The notes under the pieces are model-generated. The model was not told where the DNA came from. It saw only the letters and a program-made list of their open reading frames with translations, and did no database searches. The position numbers and the translations under genes are program-made. Positions 21,721 through 31,978 of a stretch of DNA of 64,000 bases are shown here, in pieces. Source of the stretch: Candidatus Cloacimonadales bacterium (GTDB taxonomy: Bacteria > Cloacimonadota > Cloacimonadia > Cloacimonadales > JAFGVF01). Position 1 is the first letter of the stretch; each line of letters begins with the position of its first letter. The stretch spans positions 640,001-704,000 of the forward strand of contig CAXXOU010000004.1 in assembly GCA_963677495.2 (NCBI GenBank), in the 5' to 3' direction.

Positions 21721-22401
21721 CTTATAGCCTATAGCCTATAGTTAAGCTGTCACCATAGCGACCGAATGGGAGTCGGGTCAATAGCGGACATGTGGCATAA
21801 TTCATAACTATGAGTCCAACTTGTTTCAGATTTAGAAAAGAAGTCCGTTTTCGCTCGTAAACTTCGTTCTGACAAACTCCTTTTCTAAACCTGAAACTCG
21901 CTATGACTCCAATGATAAGGTGTGATTCGCTAATTCCGTCATTCGAAGCAGTTTTCGTTCTCGTGTAAGTCTGAAGTTGTGTGACAAGACAAACCTACAT
22001 AGTAGGTTAAATCCATAATATTGCATATTTCGTTCTCGCACCACACTTCGCTGCGGTGCAAGTCCGAAGGCTATATCTCGGGCGATTCCAAAAAATCAAT
22101 TCGTGTAACCACTTTTAGTCCAAAATGACAGTACTATATAATAGAGGATGTCAAAACAGAAGAGATCGTCATCCGGGTTTCTATTCACTTTACATGAAGA
22201 TGTGGTGGAATGTGCACAAAGATGGAGATGAAGAAATTCATCGCCTTCTTAATACTAGTTTCCCAAATCTCCATATAATGGATAAACCAAAGAAACTCTC
22301 TGCTCTCAAGCTCTCAACAACTAAAATCAGATAATATAAATTGACACATTGAATTGACATTATAATATCAACTGTTGTTGATTAGAGTTTGTGAGGAGTA
22401 G

Positions 22402-24648
22402 ATGAAAATGATAAAAAAGGGTTCCATTTTAGCTTTTATTGCAATTGCATTAATTGTTTGGATTGCTGATGCCTTAGTAGATTCTTTTATCTTTAATCTG
22501 GATATTCTACGTATGCTCTCATTCAATATTTCTACACCAGTTTTACTAAAACGACTTGTCTTGATAATTTTACTGAATATACTTAACTTATTAGCATCAA
22601 AGTTGCGTCTTCGCGTTGAACAAGCACAAATACTAAAAGAAACCCCCTTCGGAATCATAATCAGTAACCTGAAGAGTGAATTTCAATATTTTAATGACTA
22701 TTTTACCGAGTTAACCGGATACACACTCAATGACTTGAAAACAATCGATGACTGGTTCGAAATAGTGTATGATGATACAGATTATCGCAAGCAGATACGC
22801 CTATTGTGGAATAGAGATGTTCAAGCATTGATTAGTGGCGAGAAGAAATTTGTTTCTGCATGTGTCTTGTTTAAATGTAAAGATGGGAATAAAAAGAGTC
22901 TCAATATGTCAGCATCATATGTAGATAGTCGTTTAGTCATAACAACTGAAGATGTTACTGATCTGATTAATGCAAAAGAGAGCTTAGCTGAAAAAGAGAA
23001 TCAACTCCGTCAAATCATTGATACTATTCCGGCATTTATATATGTAAAAGATGCACAAAGGAATTTCCATATTCTAAATAACTCAGTTGCTGATTTTTGT
23101 GATGTGGGTATTGAAGATATTGTGAATAAACAAATTTCTAATGAACCGGTTGCTGCCAAAGATGCAGAACGCTTTTACGAAACTGACATGCAGATTATTA
23201 ACGGTGATAGTGATAAACTTGAATATTTCGAAACCATCAATATGAAAAATGGAGAGACTTTACATTTTAAAACTATCAAAGTACCCTTTTATATTAACAA
23301 AAGTACAGATCGATTTGCTCTTGGAATCTCTATGGATGTTTCTGAGCTTTTTGACAAAGAAACAGAGCTAAAAGAGACAAGTGCTCATCTTAAACGTGAG
23401 ATTGATGCCAGGAGTATTTCCGATAAGAAACTAACAGAAACTCAAGAAACATTGAAATATATCGTTGATTATAGTCACAATATCTTCTATTCAGTAAAAC
23501 CTGATATGACACTAAATTTCATGAGTAAGCAGATTGAAAGAGTGTTAGGATTTAGTAGAGATGAAGCATTAGTTAACATTAATCAGATTTTTGTAAATCC
23601 TATGGATTTTGATCTAGTAGTATCAAGCATTAAAAAAACTTTTAAGTCAGGTACTGAATTGCCTAATACAAAAGCTCAGATAAGAAAAAAGAGTAATGAA
23701 GTTATTTGGGCTGAAATCAAGCATACTCCAATAATTGAAAATGGAGATGTGATTGCTGTAATTGGAATTGTCACAGACGTTACTTTAAATATAACTGCTG
23801 AATCAGAGATTAAAGACTATCAGAATAACCTTGAGAATATTATTACAGAGAGAACTAAAGTTCTTAATGATAAGACCAAGAAACTTAGTGACTCTCAGAA
23901 AGCTTTAACATATCTTCTAGAAGATGTTAATGTTGCCCAAAGAGAGCTTATGCAATCTAATGATGCACTTAAATCTGCTAATAAAGAGCTCGAAGCTTTT
24001 TCGTATTCCATTTCACATGATCTAAGAACTCCATTGAGAGCTATTAATAGTTACACTAAACTTCTTGCAGATGAATATTCTCACCTGTTTGATGAGGAAG
24101 CCTTCAGACTGTTCAATATTATTAGAGAAAACTCTATTATGATGAGTAATCTAATTAATGATTTGTTAGCTTTTTCTAAACTTGGATTAGATAAAGTTGC
24201 CAAAAAGCAAGTGGATATGGAAAAGCTGTTGAGGCAGGAATTTGAGAATGCATTGAATTTCATTGATCGCGAAGTAAAACTTGAAGTTGGTATTATTCAT
24301 CCAATTGTTGGTGATGAACATCTACTTAAACAGGTTTGGGCGAATTTGTTAACAAATGCTATTAAATACAGTAAAAATTCTAATCCATCCATTGTTAGAG
24401 TTTCTTCTACTGAAGAAGGAGATAACATTAATTACTTTGTGACAGACAATGGAGTTGGTTTCGATGAACGTTACAAAGATAAGCTATTTGGTGTTTTCCA
24501 ACGTTTGCATTCGATGCATGAGTTTGAAGGAACCGGAGTAGGATTAGCAATAGTCCAGAGAATTATCGAAAAACACGATGGTTTTGTCGATGCTGAGTCT
24601 GATGGACAAAACGGAGCTACATTTAAGTTTTCTCTACCCAAAATATAG
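22402..24648 (+). CDS. Membrane-anchored multi-PAS sensor histidine kinase (no adjacent response regulator)
   Basis: Two TM helices, three PAS-like segments, H-box SHDLRTPL, N-box NLLTNAIKY, DNGVGF and GTGVGLAIV. Confidence 0.92.
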   Translation: MKMIKKGSILAFIAIALIVWIADALVDSFIFNLDILRMLSFNISTPVLLKRLVLIILLNILNLLASKLRLRVEQAQILKETPFGIIISNLKSEFQYFNDYFTELTGYTLNDLKTIDDWFEIVYDDTDYRKQIRLLWNRDVQALISGEKKFVSACVLFKCKDGNKKSLNMSASYVDSRLVITTEDVTDLINAKESLAEKENQLRQIIDTIPAFIYVKDAQRNFHILNNSVADFCDVGIEDIVNKQISNEPVAAKDAERFYETDMQIINGDSDKLEYFETINMKNGETLHFKTIKVPFYINKSTDRFALGISMDVSELFDKETELKETSAHLKREIDARSISDKKLTETQETLKYIVDYSHNIFYSVKPDMTLNFMSKQIERVLGFSRDEALVNINQIFVNPMDFDLVVSSIKKTFKSGTELPNTKAQIRKKSNEVIWAEIKHTPIIENGDVIAVIGIVTDVTLNITAESEIKDYQNNLENIITERTKVLNDKTKKLSDSQKALTYLLEDVNVAQRELMQSNDALKSANKELEAFSYSISHDLRTPLRAINSYTKLLADEYSHLFDEEAFRLFNIIRENSIMMSNLINDLLAFSKLGLDKVAKKQVDMEKLLRQEFENALNFIDREVKLEVGIIHPIVGDEHLLKQVWANLLTNAIKYSKNSNPSIVRVSSTEEGDNINYFVTDNGVGFDERYKDKLFGVFQRLHSMHEFEGTGVGLAIVQRIIEKHDGFVDAESDGQNGATFKFSLPKI

Positions 24649-24683
24649 ATATTACCAAGTTTACTCCTAGCATATAAGCTATT

Positions 24684-25002
24684 CAGTGGGATTTGCAATA
24701 ACTTACTGCATTTCAGGGAGTTTGCCGGTCTGATAAGGCAACGGACTTCCTAAAGTGCACTCCGAAGTTGCTATTCGCCCATCTCCCTTTGGTCGCTATA
24801 GCTCCAGCTTCCGATTTAGTTACACAGTGCCTTTTACAATAACTTAGCTATCTTTATTGCCCTTTTTACTCTCTTTTACTGCTCTATGCAGCAACGCGCT
24901 GTGTCTGCACTGTGCACCCACTGTGAAGGCACTGCCAACCCACTGTTTCACTGGGTGTACAGTGCGTGCACAGTGGGAAAACAGTGGGATGATTGCGTTT
25001 TG
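24684..25002 (+). repeat. Dispersed ~370-bp element, copy B (3'-truncated)
   Basis: High similarity to copy A (4137-4465), including the phased CACTG/CAGTG array. Confidence 0.9.
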
Positions 25003-25212
25003 TCTTATGGCTTGTATCAACTGCATAGATATTTTGTTATATTGGAAGAAATGAGTCGTAATGAAATGTAATCGCCAACTCCGGAACACGAAGGTTGATT
25101 TGTTCTAGCGATAAATTATTGTTATGACGACTGTCCATAGTTCTCGCATCAAGAACCTTTTCTCAAAGCTTCTCCATGATAAGACACTTTAAAATGCAAT
25201 TGGTTATCTCAT

Positions 25213-25242
25213 AAAAAAGGCTTGCATCAATAGATACAAGCC
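25213..25242 (-). terminator. Intrinsic terminator of the tldD-to-lipoprotein gene cluster
   Basis: GGCTTG.ATC...GAT.CAAGCC preceded by A6 on +. Confidence 0.6.
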
Positions 25243-25264
25243 ATTAATTATATAAATTACTTAA

Positions 25265-26062
25265 CTATTTTACAGCTTTAAGAATCTCAGCAGTTAAACC
25301 TTCAAGTTCATTGATTTGATCTTTACTGTATTTTGTATCTTCAGATTTGTAGATAATGGATTTAATCTGTCCTAAATTTGTAGAACTGATCTTGTAATAG
25401 TTAGTTTCAGTAATCTTTTTGTTCTCAATTAGTTGCATGTTTTGAATTAGGGAGTTAAGGATACCTTTCTGTTCAACAATAACAGTGTAGTCCTTTTGAT
25501 AGTTATTAACTAAGAGATAAGAAACTCTATTCAAACCTTCAATCCAACCTCCAAGTTGCATAAGAGTGAAAACATCGTATCTTTTAGCTTGGTAGAGAGT
25601 TGCTTTGACCCTTTTCTGATACTTATCAAGTGAAAGCTCAAGTTCTGTCCACTTCTCAGCTTCGATATATCCTTTCAGTTCATCAGCCAGTTTAAGTACT
25701 TGGTCATCAATTCCAACCAAATTAGAATACTCTATCATGTTTTGAGAAATCTCAATCAAACTAGTTTTGTTTCTAGCTTTAACACTAAGAATTGCATCAG
25801 CAGTAAGTACACCAAGAGCAAATGATGCCTGATATACAGTTTCATCAACAGTATAAGCTTCCTTAGGAACTGATTTTGAAAAATCTGTATTCTTCAAATA
25901 ATCAAGCTTAGCAAGCATATCTCTAAATGGTGGTAATGGAAAGTTTCTAAACTCAACCTTAGCAGTTGGAGCTTTCTGTGGTTTCTCCTGTTTCTTTGTA
26001 CAGCCAATGACAGATATAGCTAGGAGTGCAATTAAGACAACCCAGATAATTGTTCTTTTCAT
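25265..26062 (-). CDS. Uncharacterised alpha-helical lipoprotein
   Basis: Lipobox VIGC; ALGVLTAD and GGWIEGL motifs; 19 nt downstream of the ABC gene. Confidence 0.75.
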   Translation of the reverse strand: MKRTIIWVVLIALLAISVIGCTKKQEKPQKAPTAKVEFRNFPLPPFRDMLAKLDYLKNTDFSKSVPKEAYTVDETVYQASFALGVLTADAILSVKARNKTSLIEISQNMIEYSNLVGIDDQVLKLADELKGYIEAEKWTELELSLDKYQKRVKATLYQAKRYDVFTLMQLGGWIEGLNRVSYLLVNNYQKDYTVIVEQKGILNSLIQNMQLIENKKITETNYYKISSTNLGQIKSIIYKSEDTKYSKDQINELEGLTAEILKAVK

Positions 26063-26081
26063 CAGTTTCCCCTTTTCTTTT

Positions 26082-29000
26082 TTATTTATAATATTTCAAT
26101 TTAATTAAGGTTAACAAATTAACCAACCCAATATACAACATAATAACTATTAAGTTGAAATTAAATGTCCTGCATGTCAAGTTAAATAACTTTTTGTATG
26201 ATGCAAGAAATACATTCTTGTTTGTGTTCATGAATCTGCCGTCCATAAGGCTAACTGACAGTTCAAGCGAACGATTCGTAAACTTACCTCTAGGGTATTT
26301 TTTTGCAATCAGTGCTTTCTCATCATAGTTGTCGTACAATCTTTCTTTATATGTTGAATCAGTTATATAACCGGTTTTGTACTCATTTAATAATTCTTTG
26401 CTTTCAGATTTCAGACGTTCCATATTTTTGTTATAACTATTTTTCTTCACTATTCCACTAACCAAACCTTCAAACAACCATCTTGAAGGCATAATCTGTA
26501 CAATTTCCGGAATCGGATTATGCTTTGAAATTGTTAAGTTACGATTCATCTTATCATACTCGATTATCGCACCTGCAAAAATAATCTGTGGTATCAGTAT
26601 TAGTGGAAGTATGTTTATGATAGACTTACTGTCATTAAGAAAACATGATATAAACAGTCCGATTGAGAAACCGCTTGCACCAGCAAAAATAAGATACAAT
26701 AGAGATATACCGGTTACACCTCGTATATTTAGTATGAATATAGAAATAAAAAGATAAAGAATCGCTTGAATAGCTGTGAAAATGCCTAATGTTAATACTT
26801 TAGATACAGTATAATAACTGACTTTCATATTTAAGCTTTTCTCTCGCTGGAACATACGCCTTTCTGAGGCAATATCTTCCAGACTATTAGATAACCCAAA
26901 GAAGATAAACACTATAATTGAGACAAAATAGAAGATACCTATATTGACATTGCTATAGTAAGAATATGTTTCCCCTGTTGGGGCAAGTCTAAGAATAAAG
27001 CTGATTATTAATGCAAGTATAGGTGCTTGCAGGAAAGTTATCATGAGATTGGTTTTATTCCTTAGTTTAAGAGTCAGATTTCTTCTGAATATATTTACTG
27101 TCTGCTTTATATGTTGTTGAAGATCCATCTTTATTCGATAAGATGTGTCTGTAACCGAATCATTTCTTCCTGCTTGCTCATTCTTATTAAAGAATGCACC
27201 CAATTGCTTCCGTTTATATTTATTACGCCAGTATTCAGGCGGGAACTTACGTTTTATTGTAACACTTTTATTAGTTTGCTCATATACAACCCTATTATCG
27301 GAGCTGTATTCCGGATATGCAATAATATCGTATGGAAAGTCAGCTTGACGATCATCCTTTTTAAGAGTAATCTCATTCTTGTTTACAGTCAATTTTTTGA
27401 GCTCAGAATTGAAGTAAGTAAATGAGTTGTCAGGTTTTCCGAAAAAGACTTCTACACCACCGATATCCATTAACAACACTTTATCGAACTTCTTATAAAT
27501 ACGAGAGTTAGGTTGGTGAATAGTTAGGATAACTATCTTTCCCTGTTCGGTTAAGGACTTAAGGATAGTAATAATTTGGTCAGCATCACTGAACGATAGG
27601 CCGGAAGTTGGTTCATCACAGATGATTAATGAGGGCTCAGAGAGCAATTCAAGCCCCAAATTAAGACGTTTTCTCTCTCCACCAGATAGAAGCTTAGTTT
27701 TAGGAGTACCTACTCGAGAATCGCGTTTATGGACGAGATTCACTTGCTGAAGTATGTTCTCAATCTTTTTATCTAGATGTTCTTTACTAATCTTAGGGAC
27801 TAAGAATGAACCTCGGTAGAACAGATTCTCATAAACAGTCAAATCCGGGAAGAGGAGTTCATCTTGTGGAACATATCCAATATGGGGTGAGAAGTAGTTA
27901 ACATTGTTATATAGCTTCTTGTTGTTTATAGTAACCATACCACCGGTTGGAATAATGTTAGCACTAAGAGCTTTCAGTAAGGTTGATTTGCCACAACCTG
28001 ACTGACCAAGTATACCTACTAACTCTCCCTCTTCAACATCAAATGATATACTATCTATACCTGTAGCTCCATCAGGGAATACATGCCTAATATCACGTAC
28101 AGAAACGTTCTTCATGTTGAAAGGTACTTCAATCAAATCGTAGAATGAGTTAATTCTAAAGTTACGTTTGTTGATTGTAATAATGTCTTTATTCAGCTTG
28201 AAATGAGTAATATGCTCAACCGGTCTACCATTAAGGAAAACCTTCCATCCCTTCTTTGGCTGGTACATTACTACATCATCTGCATCCACTTCGAAATAGA
28301 TTATTGATCTACTTGTCTCAGATTGAGATAAGTAGAAATAATTGTCATTGAAGTTTAGATAAAGTTCCTTTACGTCAACAGATTCAATGCCAATAGATTC
28401 TCGTTCTCTGACAACATCTAGTAAAGTAAAACTCTCTAATCCTTTGATTCTCAAGGAATCATCAAAATATAGGTCTTGTTCCTTTTTAGGTGATAACTGG
28501 TGTCCATTATGATAAACAGTGCCTTTGTTTAACTCAACTGCAAAGTTCATTCTATTAATAGTTAATACAAAATCTGCATCATTGCGTTTGAATGAGATTA
28601 CGTCATTAACCTCTTTGATTTCATACAATTTATCTATTGTTTCGTGATTAATAAACTGATCATTAACAGTGACACCCTGATTATTTGGAAGCATTAAAAG
28701 CTTACCGGGTTCAACCGGTTGCCCATTCATAGATACATGACTATTGTTGCCACACACAGCAAAAATCTGCTCATCAATATACAGAAACGCAATCTCAATA
28801 GCACTATATTTCTCTTTATTTCTAAACCGTACATTCGACTGAGTACCGGAACCTAGTGTCACATAATCAGTGAAAAGTGAGTATTTTAATTCATACTCAG
28901 GATTGATTGATTGAATATCTACGCATGAGTTGTCATTAGCTATTGCTCGATCAATAAATCTACCAATACCATCTTCTTCCAATCCCAACTGTGCGCTATA

Positions 29001-29354
29001 TGCTAGAAGAATCTCTTTGTTCTGATCATTTTCTGCTAAATCCTGGTTCAACATGAGGATTAAGTTACCCATTATCCTCACTTTATCAATAAGGTTAAGG
29101 TTTCTACGCAGGTATTTTACGATAGGTCGTAAGTCGTAATCCTTCTCAATAATCTCTCCAACGAATAGTTCCCAGGAAAAATCAACTTGAGTGAAAAGAC
29201 TTTCAAGCAGTTTGTATAGCAGTTTAATATCGTTATCAGTTATGTTACCGCTATTCTTAAAAATGAAAACGAAGAAACGTGTAATCATTTCTATTGCATT
29301 ACGTTTCTCCTGTTCCGGGAAGTGGTTTTCGGGGATGACTTTTCGTTTAAGCAT
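26082..29354 (-). CDS. Large ABCG-type (NBD-TMD) exporter with an N-terminal TerB-like region and FHA-like beta domains
   Basis: GQSGCGKS, LSGGERKR, IICDEPTSG, TIHQP and a C-terminal ABC2-type membrane domain. ATG 29354 lies 2 nt after the upstream gene's stop. The N-terminal domain calls are inference. Confidence 0.85.
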   Translation of the reverse strand: MLKRKVIPENHFPEQEKRNAIEMITRFFVFIFKNSGNITDNDIKLLYKLLESLFTQVDFSWELFVGEIIEKDYDLRPIVKYLRRNLNLIDKVRIMGNLILMLNQDLAENDQNKEILLAYSAQLGLEEDGIGRFIDRAIANDNSCVDIQSINPEYELKYSLFTDYVTLGSGTQSNVRFRNKEKYSAIEIAFLYIDEQIFAVCGNNSHVSMNGQPVEPGKLLMLPNNQGVTVNDQFINHETIDKLYEIKEVNDVISFKRNDADFVLTINRMNFAVELNKGTVYHNGHQLSPKKEQDLYFDDSLRIKGLESFTLLDVVRERESIGIESVDVKELYLNFNDNYFYLSQSETSRSIIYFEVDADDVVMYQPKKGWKVFLNGRPVEHITHFKLNKDIITINKRNFRINSFYDLIEVPFNMKNVSVRDIRHVFPDGATGIDSISFDVEEGELVGILGQSGCGKSTLLKALSANIIPTGGMVTINNKKLYNNVNYFSPHIGYVPQDELLFPDLTVYENLFYRGSFLVPKISKEHLDKKIENILQQVNLVHKRDSRVGTPKTKLLSGGERKRLNLGLELLSEPSLIICDEPTSGLSFSDADQIITILKSLTEQGKIVILTIHQPNSRIYKKFDKVLLMDIGGVEVFFGKPDNSFTYFNSELKKLTVNKNEITLKKDDRQADFPYDIIAYPEYSSDNRVVYEQTNKSVTIKRKFPPEYWRNKYKRKQLGAFFNKNEQAGRNDSVTDTSYRIKMDLQQHIKQTVNIFRRNLTLKLRNKTNLMITFLQAPILALIISFILRLAPTGETYSYYSNVNIGIFYFVSIIVFIFFGLSNSLEDIASERRMFQREKSLNMKVSYYTVSKVLTLGIFTAIQAILYLFISIFILNIRGVTGISLLYLIFAGASGFSIGLFISCFLNDSKSIINILPLILIPQIIFAGAIIEYDKMNRNLTISKHNPIPEIVQIMPSRWLFEGLVSGIVKKNSYNKNMERLKSESKELLNEYKTGYITDSTYKERLYDNYDEKALIAKKYPRGKFTNRSLELSVSLMDGRFMNTNKNVFLASYKKLFNLTCRTFNFNLIVIMLYIGLVNLLTLIKLKYYK

Positions 29355-29356
29355 AC

Positions 29357-30631
29357 TTACAACTCGAGTAAGAGAGACTCCTTTTGTTTTTCGCAAGCAT
29401 TACAAGTAAAATATTCACAGTTGTCAAAGTATATTTTCAGGACACCTTGTCGCATGATTTCAGTCTTTAAGTGTTTGTATTGATTGTCAGTCATAAAAAG
29501 CTTCATCTTATTGATAATATGGTTATCAGAAAGCTTTCGGAAGTCAGTAACTATTTCCCATAGTTTCTTAGTAATAATGTCGTTTCCTGTTTTTGTGTAA
29601 TAGAGTATTAGTATCGGCAAGATGGTGTTAAATAGTATGGTCCTTATCAGCATACTCCCCGGTTTGGTATATGTTTTGCCATGATAATCATATTCAGCAA
29701 ATGAGGATTTGATAATCTCTAAAAAAGCTTTATAAACAATTTTCGAGTTTTGATTATTGATATCTTCATTGCAGGTGAACTTAGTTATCAGGCCTTTGCT
29801 TAATGATGAAAAGAGCAAAGGAAATATTTGAATAACCCTTTTCAGTGGGTGGTTAGCAGGTCTAATCCTAAAGGTATTCCACTTTATTGGTGAGTCAGCT
29901 GCATTGTAGTCTTTATCGATAAACTGTATTAAACCAGAACGATTGAGTAATTCGGTTAAGGTCTCATCGAATGTATGGGTCTTGGAATAATCATTGAGCT
30001 CACGATAGGGAAGCAGTTCGCTTAATGTTATCATATTGACTTTGTTCTTAGAATAACCACAAGTTTCAAGAATTCCTTGGTACAGAACTTGATTAAAGTC
30101 AGAGAACAAGAGAAAGGAATCAAACCTTTTTATCTTAGCCTTAAACCGCTCTATTCCTAAACGCTGAAGCATAACAGTCATTTGATCAGGAACCAGTCCA
30201 TTAAAGAACAAGCAACTCTTCTCTTTCATAGCATTATCTACACTGTATCTTTCAAGAAGTTTACCAATTTCACTATCGAGGATCGGCTTTAGCTCAAGTA
30301 TCTCAAGTAGCTCTCCATTCTCTTTTATACTATATGAAAGTGCTGAATTATGTTTATATACAACATGCAGTACAACTTTATTGAAGTTACTGTCTAGGTA
30401 GTGGCTATGGTTAACCCAATCATAGGTATTGATATGAACTTCCACATCCCCACGCAAGAATTCACCATTCAATTTCAAGACTGCATTTTTAAAGTCAGGA
30501 CCTTTACCTGTATTAAAATGTCCAGTGAAGATAAGTTTAATGCGTTTACCTGAAACTGTTTTCAAGTTTCCTGTGATATGCCTTCCATCCCAGATATGGT
30601 AAAGAAGTTCCTCTTTAAAGCTTTGTTCCAT
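29357..30631 (-). CDS. DUF2851-family protein
   Basis: GPDF.NA...GDVEVH...DW..H.H..D..F..VVLHVV and RIRPANHP motifs. Confidence 0.85.
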   Translation of the reverse strand: MEQSFKEELLYHIWDGRHITGNLKTVSGKRIKLIFTGHFNTGKGPDFKNAVLKLNGEFLRGDVEVHINTYDWVNHSHYLDSNFNKVVLHVVYKHNSALSYSIKENGELLEILELKPILDSEIGKLLERYSVDNAMKEKSCLFFNGLVPDQMTVMLQRLGIERFKAKIKRFDSFLLFSDFNQVLYQGILETCGYSKNKVNMITLSELLPYRELNDYSKTHTFDETLTELLNRSGLIQFIDKDYNAADSPIKWNTFRIRPANHPLKRVIQIFPLLFSSLSKGLITKFTCNEDINNQNSKIVYKAFLEIIKSSFAEYDYHGKTYTKPGSMLIRTILFNTILPILILYYTKTGNDIITKKLWEIVTDFRKLSDNHIINKMKLFMTDNQYKHLKTEIMRQGVLKIYFDNCEYFTCNACEKQKESLLLEL

Positions 30632-30688
30632 TTTAGACTACATAGAAGAAAAGGTTCCCCCATCCGTGTAGACAGGGGAACTATATAT

Positions 30689-31978
30689 TTAGAATGTTGA
30701 TTTATCTACAAAGCAGAAATCGTTGATTAGCATAGTAGGGAGAATAGTATTTACATCTCTCTGCTCCTCTTTACCAAGAGCAAGTATTCTACGAGTTGCA
30801 TCGTGTGGAATCTCATTAAAGCGGAAATTGTTAACAGCATACTGAATCTTTCCATCTTTGAAGTAGAGGACACCATCACGAGTCATACCGGTGATTTCGC
30901 CTTTTTTGCCATCTATCATGCGGAGATACCAGAAGTTGTTTATTATGAGTCCTTCAGGAACCATCTTCATCATCTCCTCTTCTGTAACTCCATCTCCTGC
31001 AATTATGTAGTTTGCGGGATATGTTACATACTCAATATTCTGCTTCTGGGCCCAATAGCGTGAAACAGGCATGTTCTCGATTACACCGTCTTTAATATAA
31101 CTTGTAGATTTAAATGGAGCCATTTCTCCAATTGAAGATGGAGTCATTAGTCCTTCAACTTGGTCAGTAGAGTAGAGATTGAACTTCTCTCCAAAGAACT
31201 GTGTTCCTACTTGACCTGTATATGGAGTAAACCCTTCATCTGCCTGACGACGGTCCATCATCCATGTTAACCAGCCAAAGAAGTTAGCAACTGCCTGTGG
31301 TCTTAGGATCACTGGAAGTGTCTTTGCATCCATATCTTTCGGTTCAGTAAGGTCATTCAACTGACTAACAATCTGCTCAAGTTCAGCTTCTAAATTAAAC
31401 TGCTCCATTCTAAGAACAGATATTGCCAACTTAGTCTCAGAGTTACCACGTTTCATAGTCATTGAGTGACCAAAAGAAGCATATTCCTGATAATCTTCAA
31501 ATCCATTCTTTCCTGATGTATAGTAGCGTTCTATCTCTTTCTCAGTCATTCCTGAGATCTGTGCATCCTCTTTCTCAGCTCTTTTGATACAAACAGCTAC
31601 AATATCAACCATCTCTTCATTAGTAAGATTAATAACAGAATCATAACAATTCTTTCTCGCAATAAGCTTTGTCTTAGGTTGAGTAGGTATATATTCCTGA
31701 TCCGGTTGAGTTAGCAAAGCCATATCCTTAGCACGTTTTAAGAGATCAGGTAACCTTTCAAGACTGAAATCATTAGTTTGAACTGAACCTTTCTTGTTAT
31801 CATAAACAACAGAGATATAGCCTGTTAAGTGTACTTTACCCATATGTTGAGTAATTCTGTTTTGAGCAAACCTTGTTTCCAAAGTCTCAGATTCACCAAT
31901 ATGGAACGTGAAGTCATCAGCATCACAAAGCTTTCTGATTTCAGCATCTACTTGTTTTGCATATTCTTTCAATATCAT
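30689..31978 (-). CDS. TldE/PmbA-like non-catalytic subunit of the TldD/E metalloprotease
   Basis: TRFAQNRITQ, WYLRM...TGMTRDG, NFRFNE. No HExxH. 4-nt overlap with tldD. Confidence 0.85.
   Translation of the reverse strand: MILKEYAKQVDAEIRKLCDADDFTFHIGESETLETRFAQNRITQHMGKVHLTGYISVVYDNKKGSVQTNDFSLERLPDLLKRAKDMALLTQPDQEYIPTQPKTKLIARKNCYDSVINLTNEEMVDIVAVCIKRAEKEDAQISGMTEKEIERYYTSGKNGFEDYQEYASFGHSMTMKRGNSETKLAISVLRMEQFNLEAELEQIVSQLNDLTEPKDMDAKTLPVILRPQAVANFFGWLTWMMDRRQADEGFTPYTGQVGTQFFGEKFNLYSTDQVEGLMTPSSIGEMAPFKSTSYIKDGVIENMPVSRYWAQKQNIEYVTYPANYIIAGDGVTEEEMMKMVPEGLIINNFWYLRMIDGKKGEITGMTRDGVLYFKDGKIQYAVNNFRFNEIPHDATRRILALGKEEQRDVNTILPTMLINDFCFVDKSTF

Noticed and set aside
22125..22334. 69-aa ORF upstream of the PAS kinase
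   Set aside because: No SD or recognisable motif, so it cannot be supported as a gene.
24844..25089. Small Cys/His-rich ORFs (24844-25089, 24857-25054, 24886-25071; also 42384-42599)
   Set aside because: These are translations of the dispersed repeat, and the frames are not preserved between copies.
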